Source: Magallana gigas (lineage: Eukaryota). From it: a stretch of 64,000 bases of DNA. Position numbers and translations under genes: made by a program. This document shows, in pieces, positions 36,501 to 48,507 of this stretch. The notes under the pieces were generated by a model. The model saw only the letters and a list, made by a program, of their open reading frames with translations, was not told the origin of the DNA and made no database searches. The stretch covers positions 51,832,001 through 51,896,000 of the forward strand of contig NC_088859.1 in NCBI RefSeq assembly GCF_963853765.1, read 5' to 3'. Position 1 is the first letter of the stretch; every line of letters begins with the position of its first letter.

Positions 36501-39500
36501 TGGAGACTTCCTGAGAATGAAAACTGGTAAATACCAATAGTTGCAAGTGTCAAGTTATTGTATGTCATTTAACAGTTTTACTCTCACAAAGTTAGTAAGA
36601 GTAGAATGGACACCAAAGCATTAGTCATACCAGTACCTCGCGTTACTGCTTGATCTGCCGGATTAATGCGTCTATGTAGAAATGTTTCTTTTGTTTTCAG
36701 CATCTAGAGGAAGTTAAACAAGATGGTTCTACCAATGAAGCCACACGGTGAGTGAATAGTATTCCACCTTTGGATTCTGTAGCTTGTACACCACCACTAG
36801 ACTTTGTTCTGTTCTTGAATTTGGGACAGTATGTTTATTTTCCTAGTCCATCCATTTGTACAAGATTTGGGATAGTAATTCAGAATGAGTTTGGGTGATG
36901 TGACTGAATAATCATCTAGAAAGCTTGCTACCACCTTCGTACTTGAATACAATCTATACTTCAGTGTGACTATATTAAAATAATAGACTCGAATTTTTGG
37001 GCTTTAAAATTAATACCTAGAAATCGGAAGAGTACTGTCTTTTGTTTTGTATATTTTAAACATCATTGGAAATTCCTTTTAAAAATCCTGAAATCATCTG
37101 GATTTTTTGGATTTTACAATCTTGCGCATGCGCATTAATTACATTCACGCTAAATCACAGGAGGCTCTTTAGTTTATGTTTCCACAATATCACTTTTGCA
37201 TGGATAAACTCAGAAACGATATTAGAATTACATGTAAATTTTCATTAAAAATTTATCATATATTCTGTTCATCAAAGGAAATACGGGAGATAACTCTCAG
37301 TGGCATATATGGCAAGAAAATAGGACTATGTTTTGAGGTGATACTTTTGTACCCTAGGGTACACTCCTATATCTTTAAGGAGAAAAGGGGTTACAAGGAG
37401 GGTACAGTGTAAAAGCATTGGAAAATGAAAGTAGCAAATTATTAAAAATACTTGTAAGTCACTAAGGTACAGAGGGTACAATGGTAACATAATGACTGAA
37501 TGCCACAGACTTTTAACTGTGGTGAAGGTCTGTCCCTAGACACAGTTAGATTATTCTAGCTAGGCAGAATGTAGTGAAATTAATAGCATTATTGTCGGCT
37601 TAAAGCTTGGATGTGTAAATGTCGACAATACATTGATGTATCTATTTCGTAAATGTCCAATATCATATGCAATGTCAACCTGTGCATGCACAGGTCAAAG
37701 TCTAGTAAAAAAAATAATCATTTGATGTAAATATGTATTTGTATATAAATAGGTACAATCAGAAATGTGTCATAGCAAATCCAAGCTAACTTGCCAAATA
37801 ACAAAAATTGTCTTTTTCAACATGTTTCTATAATTTGATATTTTTCTCCACAGGCAGGTGGCTCTAGCTGATGTGATTATAATTAATAAAACTGACCTAG
37901 TTAATGCCAAGGAACTAGACCAAGTCAAATCAAGTATACGGTATGTCAAGAGAGAGAGAGGAAGAAAACACAAATTCAATTTAATAAGGGATTCTGATGT
38001 GATATTTAGCTGACCCTGATGTATTTACTTTTCAGATCTATAAATAGATTAGCCAAATTAATTGAGACTACTAGGGCTAGGTAAGTATATACACAGTTCT
38101 TCATTCTTATCGTTTGCTATTGTTTCCATTTCATATTTTCATTAATAATACCTGTTTGTAAGCAGTAGTTTTGCTGTCAAAGCCATTTATGAGGCATTCG
38201 TTTCTTGTTTTAGAACTGACCTTGACTCCATATTGGATCTAAATGCATATGACGGCAAAAGTAAAACAAGGTAACGTACACAGGAATTGAGCTCTGTGCT
38301 TTTTTTTTTAAATGAAACTGTTCAATCAGTGTTGTGACTTGAAATAGGAGAAGTTAATGTGAGAGATACTTGGTATTTTTTTTTTCAGTTTGGAGGAATT
38401 GTTTCAAGAGAGAGGATTTGAGAAGGAAAATGTACACAAAATTGATCAGGTCTGTCAACTACAAATCTATTTTGGGGTATACTGGGCTGCGTTCAAGATC
38501 GTAGCTGCTACGTAGGGCTACGTAGTTGAACGGTAGACTAGCCTAGCTGCTACATAGATATTCGTAGCCTAAATATTTTATGCTAAGCATCAAATTCAAG
38601 ATGGCCACCTTAGTTACCATTTTGTAACCAACCTGAAATCTATTTACTTAGTGATAATTTGTTCAGCCTTTAAGTTAAATTGAATATTAACATGTATATT
38701 TCCGCTTGAAATTAACAAATTATGTCGATATAATTAGTCTTAGTTGAATATTTCCAACTTCAAATCTGACTTAGTGGCTAACTTAGCGGTCCGCTCAAAA
38801 GACCTAGATATCTACGACCTGGTGGCTAGGCTAGCTGCTACGATCTTGAACGCAGCCCTGGTATTTATAATGATAGTACTTTATATTCTGTACGCAGCTT
38901 ATATACATGTATGGTGGTTGATGGTTTTTAGGATGTGACAACATTTACCATGGAGTTTTCAGGAAATATGGATAAGCAGAGAATTGACAAGGTCCTACAG
39001 GATTTACTTTGGGACAAAGAACTAGTCAATTCAAGGGGAGATAAGCAGGAAATCTACAGACTCAAGGTACTCAACAACTTATAGATATACAATTCAAGGG
39101 GAGATAAGCAGGAAATCTACAGACTCAAGGTACTCAACAACTTATAGATATACAATTCAAGGGGAGATAAGCAGGAAATCTACAGACTCAAGGTACTCAA
39201 CAACTTATAGATATACAGTACAAATACAAATAAGGAATATTCATGCAATGTTGAATCTCTCTCAAAGACAGACTTTCGTGACAAGAAATCTATTAATATC
39301 AAGCGTGGTTATTGCTTCATTCACACATAGAACACTAAAGGAAAGTGACAATAGCTGTGGGCTCTCTCTCTCTCTCTCTCTCTCATCATCATCAGAGTAC
39401 ACCTGACCAGGTTAGGAAATCTTATCATTTATCATACTTTCATAATGTTAAACAATATTTCAAAAAATGTAGCCACACGGTAAGTGAATAGTATTTGACC

Positions 39501-40927
39501 TTTGGATTCTGTAGTTGTACAGCACCACTAGACATGTTCTGTTCTAGAATTTAGGACAGTATGTTTATTTTCTTAGTCTCTCTCTTGTGGGCTCTCTCTC
39601 TCTCTTTCTCTCACTCTCTCATCATCATCATCCTAAGAGTGCGCCTGACCAGATCAGGAAAACCATTTATCATACTTTCATAATGTTTGGTATTTCTGAG
39701 GTGAGAGAGAACATCAATTTTATCAAAACAATTCACTGCTACTACTCACTAGATTTGATACTGCAAGATAAATATTAAGGTCATTGTAAATTATATGACC
39801 TTGAAACAGCATTTAAAATACTCCCCCCCCCCCTCCAAAAAAAATTTTAATTTTTTCAATATACCTGCAATTATAATTCTTGCTTAAAAAATCCCCCCTT
39901 TCAGGCTTTGTCTGTATTTTCCTGCAGGGTTTGATATCAGTGGCGGGAGATGACAGACGCCTAGTTGTACAAGCCGTCCACGAGTTATACGATTCCTTCT
40001 TCACGTCAAAATGGGAGGAAGAGGATCAACGGATTAACAGATTAGTCTTTATAGGTATATACTTGTTAACTTGTTCCACAATGTAATCAATTGCAACTAT
40101 GCAGTTAACTAGTAGGGACAGTTAGACTAAGAATAACATGTCTTTCATATTATGATAGTCACTTTCTTTGTGACTTTGGGCTCAATAAAAACTCACAAAA
40201 AATATGTACCGGTAAATATGAATTTTCATCTTCCATCAAGTTAAAAATTTGATATACCGATACATGTATTTGTATTTTAAGATGAGATATTTTTTTCAAT
40301 AAAATACAGACAGAAATCACATGAATGAAACAGAAAATCCCTATTCCCAAGCAGAAAGGGGAATACCCCCAGTACATAATGCTTTTTAACTTGTTCAGCA
40401 GCCATTGGCTGTAGAGCAAGTGATTTTCTTTATTAGGGCTAGTATGACTTTATAGACACCAGCACTGACTTATGTCTAGCTACAGCCTCGGTCACGGTGG
40501 GTTAACTCAGGGGTGAACCAACTTAGGTATAAAGGAATTATTTCTAGCTAGGTCAGTTGGATCTTGTCAGTAACAAAGTTCACAGACAACTAAAATTTAG
40601 ATTTTAGGAAACTGGTCTCTTAATTCTACAGTAACTGCAAAATGTAAAGCATTAAACCTAATGATTTCTGGGGGGTTGTTCCTGCATTCATTGAATTACA
40701 AACATTTGTTCTTGTTAATGACATTACACAGGGAGATTTAAATCTGTGGAGTGTTTGCTCCACTAACACAACAGACTTCTAGAGTAGATGTGAGGTTTTA
40801 AAATGTTTGGATTGAGATGTTAACTGTATACCCAGCTGTTTGTCATCTCTTGACAGGTAGGAACTTAGAGAGAGCCTCCCTGGAGTCCAGGCTCGCTCTG
40901 AGGGGACCAGCCAATCAGAGCTCTTGA
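33582..40927 (+). CDS. ZNG1: Zinc-regulated GTPase metalloprotein activator / COBW domain protein (COG0523 family), complete, 14 exons, 362 aa
   Basis: Exons: join 33582-33666, 33984-34070, 34400-34496, 34612-34703, 35131-35190, 35342-35379, 36701-36747, 37854-37940, 38036-38080, 38214-38270, 38389-38449, 38932-39066, 39928-40054, 40857-40927. GT-AG, phases consistent, 1089 nt. Motifs: IPDLVP N-terminus, Walker [45 protein letters not shown]. Confidence 0.96.
35392..36345. repeat. 46-bp minisatellite, ~21 copies, starting ~12 nt after a ZNG1 donor
   Basis: Unit AGGCTGTAGAATGAGATCCTGATACATGTATAATATCCATGGAATT; period seen at 35821/35867. Confidence 0.95.
38485..38857. mobile_element. PIF/Harbinger-like MITE, 373 bp, in a ZNG1 intron
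   Basis: CTG|GGCTGCGTTCAAGATCGTAGC ... GCTACGATCTTGAACGCAGCC|CTG: 21-bp perfect TIR and 3-bp CWG TSD. Confidence 0.82.
39028..39217 (+). repeat. 63-bp exact triplication of a ZNG1 exon 3' end and its donor
   Basis: AATTCAAGGGGAGATAAGCAGGAAATCTACAGACTCAAG|GTACTCAACAACTTATAGATATAC at 39028, 39091 and 39154. Confidence 0.95.
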
Positions 40928-41416
40928 TGACGGCTCCACTCGACCCGTCGAGGCTTAGGATAGCTGGGGGAATTGGACGGTATTAATATTTATTGTTCCT
41001 GCACACAACAATTGGGCCTAGGATTTAGTGCCTCTCCAGAACATTTAATTGTGATCCAATGTCAGCTACTGCCAAATTTTACCAACGAAAACAGAAAGAT
41101 TGTTCACATGGATTTATTTTATTAATATGGACAAAACACTCTCAACAAATATGCACAAAAATTGATGCTAGGCAATTGAAAGACTGAATGTGGGCCACAG
41201 TGTGTTGGTAATTGATCAACACATAAAATACATGTGGCGTGTGGCATTGAATAATACTGACGGTTTTAGCTACCACTGTTTGTTAATAAATGAATAATCA
41301 AAACTAGAAACAGCAAGTTGTTGACTTTTGCTTACTGTAGTATCACCTTAAACAGCTGAGACTTGTCACTTGTTTATGAAATCTATTCACATTTAATGAC
41401 AGTGGTCACCCTTCCT

Positions 41417-42562
41417 TCAAGTACAGGTTTCCACAATGGCAGACTCAGAGTTTGAATTAGAGGAAGTAGACAGGGCAAGGATACTTTTTGATAACGCCGG
41501 TTTCTTCATCCACTCGGGCTGGTATTGGTCAGAGTAAATTCGGAATATGGTAGTCATGTCGGGAATTATAGCTGGTTTGGCCCGCCGGGAGAGTGCGATC
41601 AGTTTGGCGGTTGAAGGGTGGGGAATGCGGCCTTTTTTGTACGACGACGGACGCTGTAGGGAGTCAAAATCGTCGATCTCGTCTAAAACCAACTGCCGGG
41701 CGTCCATCCCATCCACGAACGTTTCACTTCTCTCGAACTCTTGCGACGTTTGGAGGTTCGGGAATCTGAGCGACTGCGCGGACCAGGGCAGCTGGTCCTT
41801 GTGCTTCTTCCCGTGATTACAGGGCTGGGTGGTGGGGGGCTGGTACATGGTCGACTCGCGGGAAAAGGACAGAGTGGTGGCGCTGGCGGGGAGAGATGGG
41901 AGAGTCCGGCGAGGGGTGTACTTGGAGGACGACTCGTTCCCGCCTCTCTGAGCCCATTCGGTGGCGTTGAGAAATATTTCGTTATCGCGTAAAGTGGGTG
42001 AGGCGTTGCCCTTCTTTAGTAATAAATGCGCGGATACAAAATGCCCCTTCTTTAGCGCCAAGAGAAGAGAGGTGTAGCCAAGACTGTTTCTGGTGTCGAT
42101 ATCCAGTCCGAACTTCACAAAACAGTCCACTAACATCTCCACTATGGACGGGTTGCCGCTGCTGGCGGCGTGATGGAGCGGTGTGTTGCCGTCGTTGTCC
42201 GCCTCGTTAATGTCTAGAACGTCCTCCTTCAGAATTAGACCCACAATGGACGCACGTCCATTCATGCACGCGTAACTCAGGGCAGTCCTTCCTAGCGCGT
42301 CTCTCAAATTCAAAAACGCTCCGGCACTGAGAAATATCTTGGCCATTTTGTAACCGAACTCTTCTTCAATCATGCAGGCAAGCATCATGGGGGTCCGGCC
42401 GTGGAGATCCTTACAGTCTACATTGACGTTGTGTTTGGCGACTAGCAACCGGACCTGATGCAGACGACAGTCCAGCACCGCCTGATGCAGCGCTGTTTTG
42501 ATTGGGCGCCTGAATAATCCAGAACCCACCGAAGAACCCGTCGGCTGCAATGATGTGGACAT
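41417..42562 (-). CDS. Ankyrin-repeat protein (ANKRD63/ANKRD34-like architecture), single coding exon, 381 aa
   Basis: About 5 N-terminal ankyrin repeats (TALHQAV, GRTPMMLAC, GRTALSYAC, GNTPLHHAA, GYTSLLLAL) followed by a low-complexity tail. An acceptor TTCACAG lies 14 nt before the ATG (exon starts at 42576). Confidence 0.88.
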   Translation of the reverse strand: MSTSLQPTGSSVGSGLFRRPIKTALHQAVLDCRLHQVRLLVAKHNVNVDCKDLHGRTPMMLACMIEEEFGYKMAKIFLSAGAFLNLRDALGRTALSYACMNGRASIVGLILKEDVLDINEADNDGNTPLHHAASSGNPSIVEMLVDCFVKFGLDIDTRNSLGYTSLLLALKKGHFVSAHLLLKKGNASPTLRDNEIFLNATEWAQRGGNESSSKYTPRRTLPSLPASATTLSFSRESTMYQPPTTQPCNHGKKHKDQLPWSAQSLRFPNLQTSQEFERSETFVDGMDARQLVLDEIDDFDSLQRPSSYKKGRIPHPSTAKLIALSRRAKPAIIPDMTTIFRIYSDQYQPEWMKKPALSKSILALSTSSNSNSESAIVETCT

Positions 42563-44516
42563 GTTCTCTGCTGCGCCTGTGAAGACAAAATGAAGGAAAC
42601 TGTTGAACAATGGGCTGTTATTTCACTGTTAGTGTGTTTGGCACGATGTCTGTTATTCAAGAGGATTTTGTTTTAATGAAGTCAATGCCGATGGTTGATC
42701 GCTCGTTTTGGCGTACTTTGGGATTACGGATCGGGGCGGGTAATCCGGGCTGAATAATGTTTGTGTATTTCGGGGCGGGGGATTACAGGTTTTCATATGA
42801 AGTCTTTGTTTGCTCAGAATCAGATTGATTTAATATAACTTAGAACTGAAATATTTGAACAACTTGTAGTGGAGATCGTACACTTGTGTAGAGTGGGTCG
42901 TAAATACATCTACATATGAAATACAACTGATGTCTACTTGATTTGACATTGACTTGACACTGTGTTATACCACGGGTCAGTGTTATCATTGAGTACCACG
43001 GATTTAATCAGAGAACAAACCCTAATCGATCTCCTATCAGTGTTTGTGCCTCGGTAACTCCTGACTTTTAAGATCCGTCATTCCTGTGTTTGAGGGGGGT
43101 CCGGTATATTCTGAAACAATGCCGAGCTTGTTTTCTGCTAGGGTAGAACTGCTTTTAAAAGATAAAATAAGGCCAGGCATTCAGAAACTTTACGTCTGCA
43201 TGTCTTGCAAAGTTACTTGGTATTCTAATAAACATGGGAACCCCTTACCCAAGAATTTTAGTACAACTTGGCAAATTTGATTTTTATCTATTATTGCTAG
43301 AGGCGAATCCTCGAAATAAAATGCCAACAAATATGGTAATACACGAGTATGAACCCCACGAATTGATAAAATTTCTTTTATACGCGAAAAACTATCTTGC
43401 TGAAAAATAACTTTTTGAGAAGGGGAAAAATCGATTCCAAACCTGTATGGTATATTTCAAATGTGCTCAAAAGACATATCTCCTTTAAACTATTACATAA
43501 TTCTTGTATTTTAATATTTGTTCCTTGATCTTTGAAGTACTTTTTAATGAATTGTTTAGAACATTAACTGCATTGAAGAAATCGATATTCAAAGTCTCTA
43601 TTGAGTACTTGCCATATTTCACATTGCATTAGGATCTCGACATTGTCGATCACATGGGAAAATGCACTGCTAGACGTCTGTCACTTTTTGAAAACTTAAA
43701 AATTGAAGTGCTGATAATAAATAGCGCCGCCATCCGACGGGGATTTATTCCTTTGTACCGGGATCTATTGCAACCCGTTCTGTTGGAGTCAAAACGGCAT
43801 CGATTGTCTGTTTATCCGTGTCTTACCTGGCGTTATATTTGTACAACACCTGAAGGAGGAGCTACAATAAACAGGGCTCTCATTTTATCAATTAAACATT
43901 TAACACAGAACACCGACTGAGCAGTCTTATAGAAACAAGGCGTTCAAGTGGTCCCAACAAGACAATATTACGAAGCTACATCAGAACACTCGAATTGATA
44001 GTAATCAAACTTTAACGGTTTCTTCTTTGTTGATTCAATTCATAACGCAAAGTACGTGAAGGCAGGGACGAGATGAAATGCGTGTCAGCAGAAAAAAATG
44101 TTGATAAAGAAATGGTAGGATTTAATTGATTTTAAACGCATCCATTGCGGCGAAACTGTGTCAAACTTAATTAAATTTCAATAAAATCTTACCTTGATAT
44201 CTATCACCTGTATTTTTTGTCAGTGGGATAGGTTACTAAAGTATTTGTTACAATCACTGTTTTTTAAGTTTACTTTATTATGAATTGTACGTAATTCCTT
44301 GGCCTGCATTTTTATTGTCTTTGATAAGTAATGTTAATTCTTTTGTACCAGTATTTGAAATATGCATATGTTAATTAGTTAAGAAATTTTTACAAATGAT
44401 TAGCATAATTTTACAAATCAGAAGGAGTAACTTCCCAGGGTAATTGAAATGAAGTATAAACCAGTACATATTAAAGGAAACGTGCATATATTTTTTTTAA
44501 AATAAAGTTAAGATAG

Positions 44517-44611
44517 TGTCCTTTACAAAAATTTAGATTATTGATAATCAAAATTTGTAGTTGTCATGTACAAATTTTGATTATCAATAATCTAAATTTT
44601 TGTAAAGGACA
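44517..44611. repeat. Perfect 43-bp inverted repeat with 9-nt loop
   Basis: TGTCCTTTACAAAAATTTAGATTATTGATAATCAAAATTTGTA gttgtcatg TACAAATTTTGATTATCAATAATCTAAATTTTTGTAAAGGACA. Confidence 0.93.
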
Positions 44612-46084
44612 ATAGATCAGATTCTTATTCTGCGATCTCTGAAAATCTACCTGGAGTTCTAAATAATCGTAGAAATGAGGAAGCGCAAGGTTTTAGTGTA
44701 ATACATTATTTGGGGTGCCAAGACAAGGGGGTGGGGCGCGATAGGATATACTGCGAAGGGGGGGGGGGGGATGATAATCCTGTGAAGACAAAAAAAATTA
44801 GCCTTATTGGTCGGGTAGACAGAAAATACACCAAAGAATCCCTATACTGGGAAGGTGGCCGTAACGCGGGGAAATCCCTTGTTGAATTAATATCTGTAGG
44901 GTGGAGAAGAAAGTCCCTGAACCGTGGGGGTTGGGTCTGAGAAAACTGGATATTCATATACTTACTGCGTTGTCCCGTAGATACCGTTCCCCTACTGGAT
45001 AATCCAGATCTGTCCATGACGGCCACAATCTACAAATCCTATAATCCTCTGTCACCCACTTATAACTTTCACATTGTTAAGTGGTTGTAATCGATTACTG
45101 ATCAAGCTTTGTGCATTTTAAATGACGACTTACATCTCTCCCCCCGGCTCGCTTGAGAGATCTTGACATGGAGTAATATGAGCGTGGTTGCTAGGACCGC
45201 TCAGTGCTTCACACGAGCTAACAGAAGCGTGTAGGGTTATTGACACGTTGTAGACGGGGCAGCCAGTCAACTGATTAACCTGTTACTACACTTTAAACAA
45301 TAGCGGGCGCAGTACACAACACAGAGAGACCGTGAGGGACCCAGTCCCAGCGCGCTACCCCGGAACGCTTTATATTACATGTACCCTAAATAGAGTTTCT
45401 GTGTAACTCGACGACTATATATTCACAATTATTATTGATATGCAAGTGTATTTATTACGGGCTATTTCCTATGCTTTTATATATTAGAAATATTAAAAAC
45501 TTCAAGATAAACTTAAGTTTCTGGGAAAGGTCAGAGGTCAGGTCAGGTTTGTGAGGTCACATCCTGATGGACACGCCCCTCCTGGGAAGATCGACAAGAA
45601 AAGACTAAGGTATAAAAAATTCAGTTTTGATTTTTTTTATTTGTCAATTATAACAAAATGTCCCCAAATATTTTAGAATTAGCTACATTAACTTACGAAT
45701 GATGTCTTATAAAATTTCAAAAGCTACATCAAATCAAAACTTGGACTCAAAGAGCTGGGCGGTCGTAGTCATTTTTAGACAAAACTTATCTCCTGGAAAA
45801 GGAGAGATCTGTATAAAGATGTTGGAAAATGTACTAAAATTTTATAATTATCTATAGTATTTGTTAGATCTGATGGATTATTTCATTGGTCATCCAGACC
45901 TCTTAGGTTAATTAACTCTCGATCAGTTTATTGTCTTGTGACCGGACTGACCCTGATCTGAAAATTTCCCTTTTCTTGTTCATCCCTCTCATTTTCAACG
46001 ATCCATGCAAAAGGATATGGAATGATAGGTAAAACCTTACTATCGTGGCATTTATAAAGAAAAAAAGCATTGCTTCTGTCGGAG

Positions 46085-46630
46085 GGACACGAGTCTGTCG
46101 AGTTATGGACATAAGATCTGTATCGAGTCTGTCGAGTTATCGACATAAGTTATCGACATAAGATTTGTACCGAGCCTTTCGAGTCATGGATATAAGACCC
46201 GTATCGAGTCTGTGAAGTTATGGACATAAGACCCGTATCGATTCTGTCGACTTATGGATATAAGACCCGTATCGAGTCTGTCGAGTTATAGACATAAAAC
46301 CCACACCGAGTCTTTCGAGTTATGGATATAAGACCCGTATCTAATCTGTCGAGTTATGGACATTAGACATCGAGTCTATCGAGTTATGGATATAAGATCC
46401 GTATCGAGTCTGTCGAGTTATGGACATAAGACCCGTATCGATTCTGTCGACTTATGGATATAAGACCCGTATCGAGTCTTTCGAGTTATGGAAATAAGAT
46501 CTGTATCGAGTCTATCGAGTTATGGACGTAAGACCAGTATCGAGTCTGTCGAGTAATGGACTTAAGATCTGTATCGAAACTTTCGAGTTATGGAGTATGG
46601 ACATAGGATCTGTATTGAGTCTGTCGAGTT
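46085..46630. repeat. ~34-bp minisatellite, ~16 copies, intergenic
   Basis: Unit GTATCGAGTCTGTCGAGTTATGGACATAAGACCC; period seen at 46201/46235. Confidence 0.92.
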
Positions 46631-46926
46631 TGTCTCGAATAATTTGGTGTTATTGATCTCTATCAAAAAATATGTATTGCATTTAAAATACTCGGTTTAT
46701 AGTCGATACGACCGAATTAATTTGAGTATGGACCAGCATATTAAGCAACTAATTTCGGCGCTGCTTTAAAGGTTTTAAATGTTTCATAAAAGACCAACGC
46801 TAAGTTAACACATTGTGAAATCAATTTTATACATCAACATTTATTGCAGGCATCAGCTTCTTTATATAGAACTGTTCTTTCCTACCATGTTGTATGCGAG
46901 CATCATTCATTCATTCATTCAAAAGT

Positions 46927-46928
<2 letters not shown>

Positions 46929-46978
<50 letters not shown>
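46929..46978. repeat. (CT)n microsatellite, ~25 units
   Basis: Read directly; shorter (CT)n runs also occur at 39363-39383 and 39593-39620. Confidence 0.95.
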
Positions 46979-46981
<3 letters not shown>

Positions 46982-47843
46982 AACCACTCTGAATGAAGAT
47001 ACGTCCCTTTGGTAGCAAGAAATATAATCTGCTGCTTCGTTTCGACCGGTGCCATTCGATATCTTGCTAGCTGTTCTAGTATCATCTAGTCCCTAATAAA
47101 GCCATGACGATACCATTACGTGTAATTCTCAAAACGAAACCTGTAATCAAGTTATAAATATTCTTTTCGTTACAAACTACTTTAAATTCCAACGGACCCT
47201 GAAAAATGAAATTTGATCCTAATGTCAAACCGGGTATAGATACAATGTTATCCGAACGCACCTCATATATTATAACTCTTGTGTCTTCGTGCCATGATAA
47301 AGTTGTAAATTTCAACCGAAGAATTGGTCAGTACATCATGAATCCTGTATCTTCCTGTGGATTGACTGACAAAAGAAACGTGTATGAACGTCAGGGGTAA
47401 TGAATCCGTTGGCTGATCAAGCAGGAAGGGTATTGGTTGGGGGTGAGAGGCGCACCTGTCGCCTATAGACGGTGTTACCTGTCGCTGTTATAGGTACGCT
47501 TACACCTGTGTTACATATTTTTCTCCGTGCTAGGGATAAATCTGTGACCGTTACCCGGGATTGTGCGGTAGGGACCGGCGTCGCTACCCCCGGGGAGTTC
47601 GTGACCCGACGGTCTGGTGTAGGAGACCTTTCATTGATAAATCAGCTGACGGTAGGTTGTCTTATCGCCAAGTATATCTACACGGCGAGCTCCCCAGTCG
47701 GTATCATGACTTAAGACAGTACCGCAAGAAAAGAATATTGATCGAAAACAAATCATTGGTACATGTATTCCGGGTGATTTATTGTGGTTACATGTTTAAA
47801 TTTTAGTCGGATATTTCGATTTCTTGGCCTTTCATATCTGATT

Positions 47844-48242
47844 ATGTCCAATTCCTGGCCCGATTTGCTGTACAAGTTGACAAGAAACGGGAAAGTGGAA
47901 AAGGCAGCAATTGTGGACCAGCATGGTCACGTGATCGTGTCAAGCCGCGGCTTCAACGTCACCAAGGAAGACCTTAACAGCGTTCGAAGCGCCTTCTATG
48001 GTTGTCACAGTACCCTCATGAAAGTCAAAGTTCACGGACAGTTATACACCTGTTTCAGACACAGCACCCCTACCGACACAGTGGTTGGACAGGCAGGGGA
48101 CGACATCCTGGTCATCCACAGGACCGAGGGGCTGAGCGTGGTGGGGCTAGGACACGCAGGGACCCCCGGCTCATGCTTGTTTGAAATCACAAAATTCGCG
48201 ACTGAAATTCAAGAAAAACGGAAGAACTCGCGTTTTAAATAG
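47844..48242 (+). CDS. Profilin-family protein (divergent), intronless, 132 aa
   Basis: MSNSWPDLL..GKVEKAAIVDQHG..SRGFNVTKEDL..KVHGQLYTCFRH..TVVGQAG..GTPGSCLFEITKFA. Length and motif order (N-terminal W, AAI, S.GF, PG..C helix) match profilins. Confidence 0.75.
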   Translation: MSNSWPDLLYKLTRNGKVEKAAIVDQHGHVIVSSRGFNVTKEDLNSVRSAFYGCHSTLMKVKVHGQLYTCFRHSTPTDTVVGQAGDDILVIHRTEGLSVVGLGHAGTPGSCLFEITKFATEIQEKRKNSRFK

Positions 48243-48507
48243 AACACCAGATATGACCCAAGGCAATCGTGTTATACTAAATATGTGAATAATTCTGCGT
48301 GGTTCGTCATAACATGTTAAGGATATAGACTGTTTACATCTGTCTTTACTCCAGTCAGAAACATTGAATAAGTTCTGATTTAAAAATCCGTTCCACGATC
48401 GTCAAGTTTTGTTGGTGACTGTATACTAGTTCGTGTGGCGACCCCTGCACTACACCTGTATTGAGTATAATGAACTGAAAGTTCACGATGTTATCAGTTA
48501 AATAATA

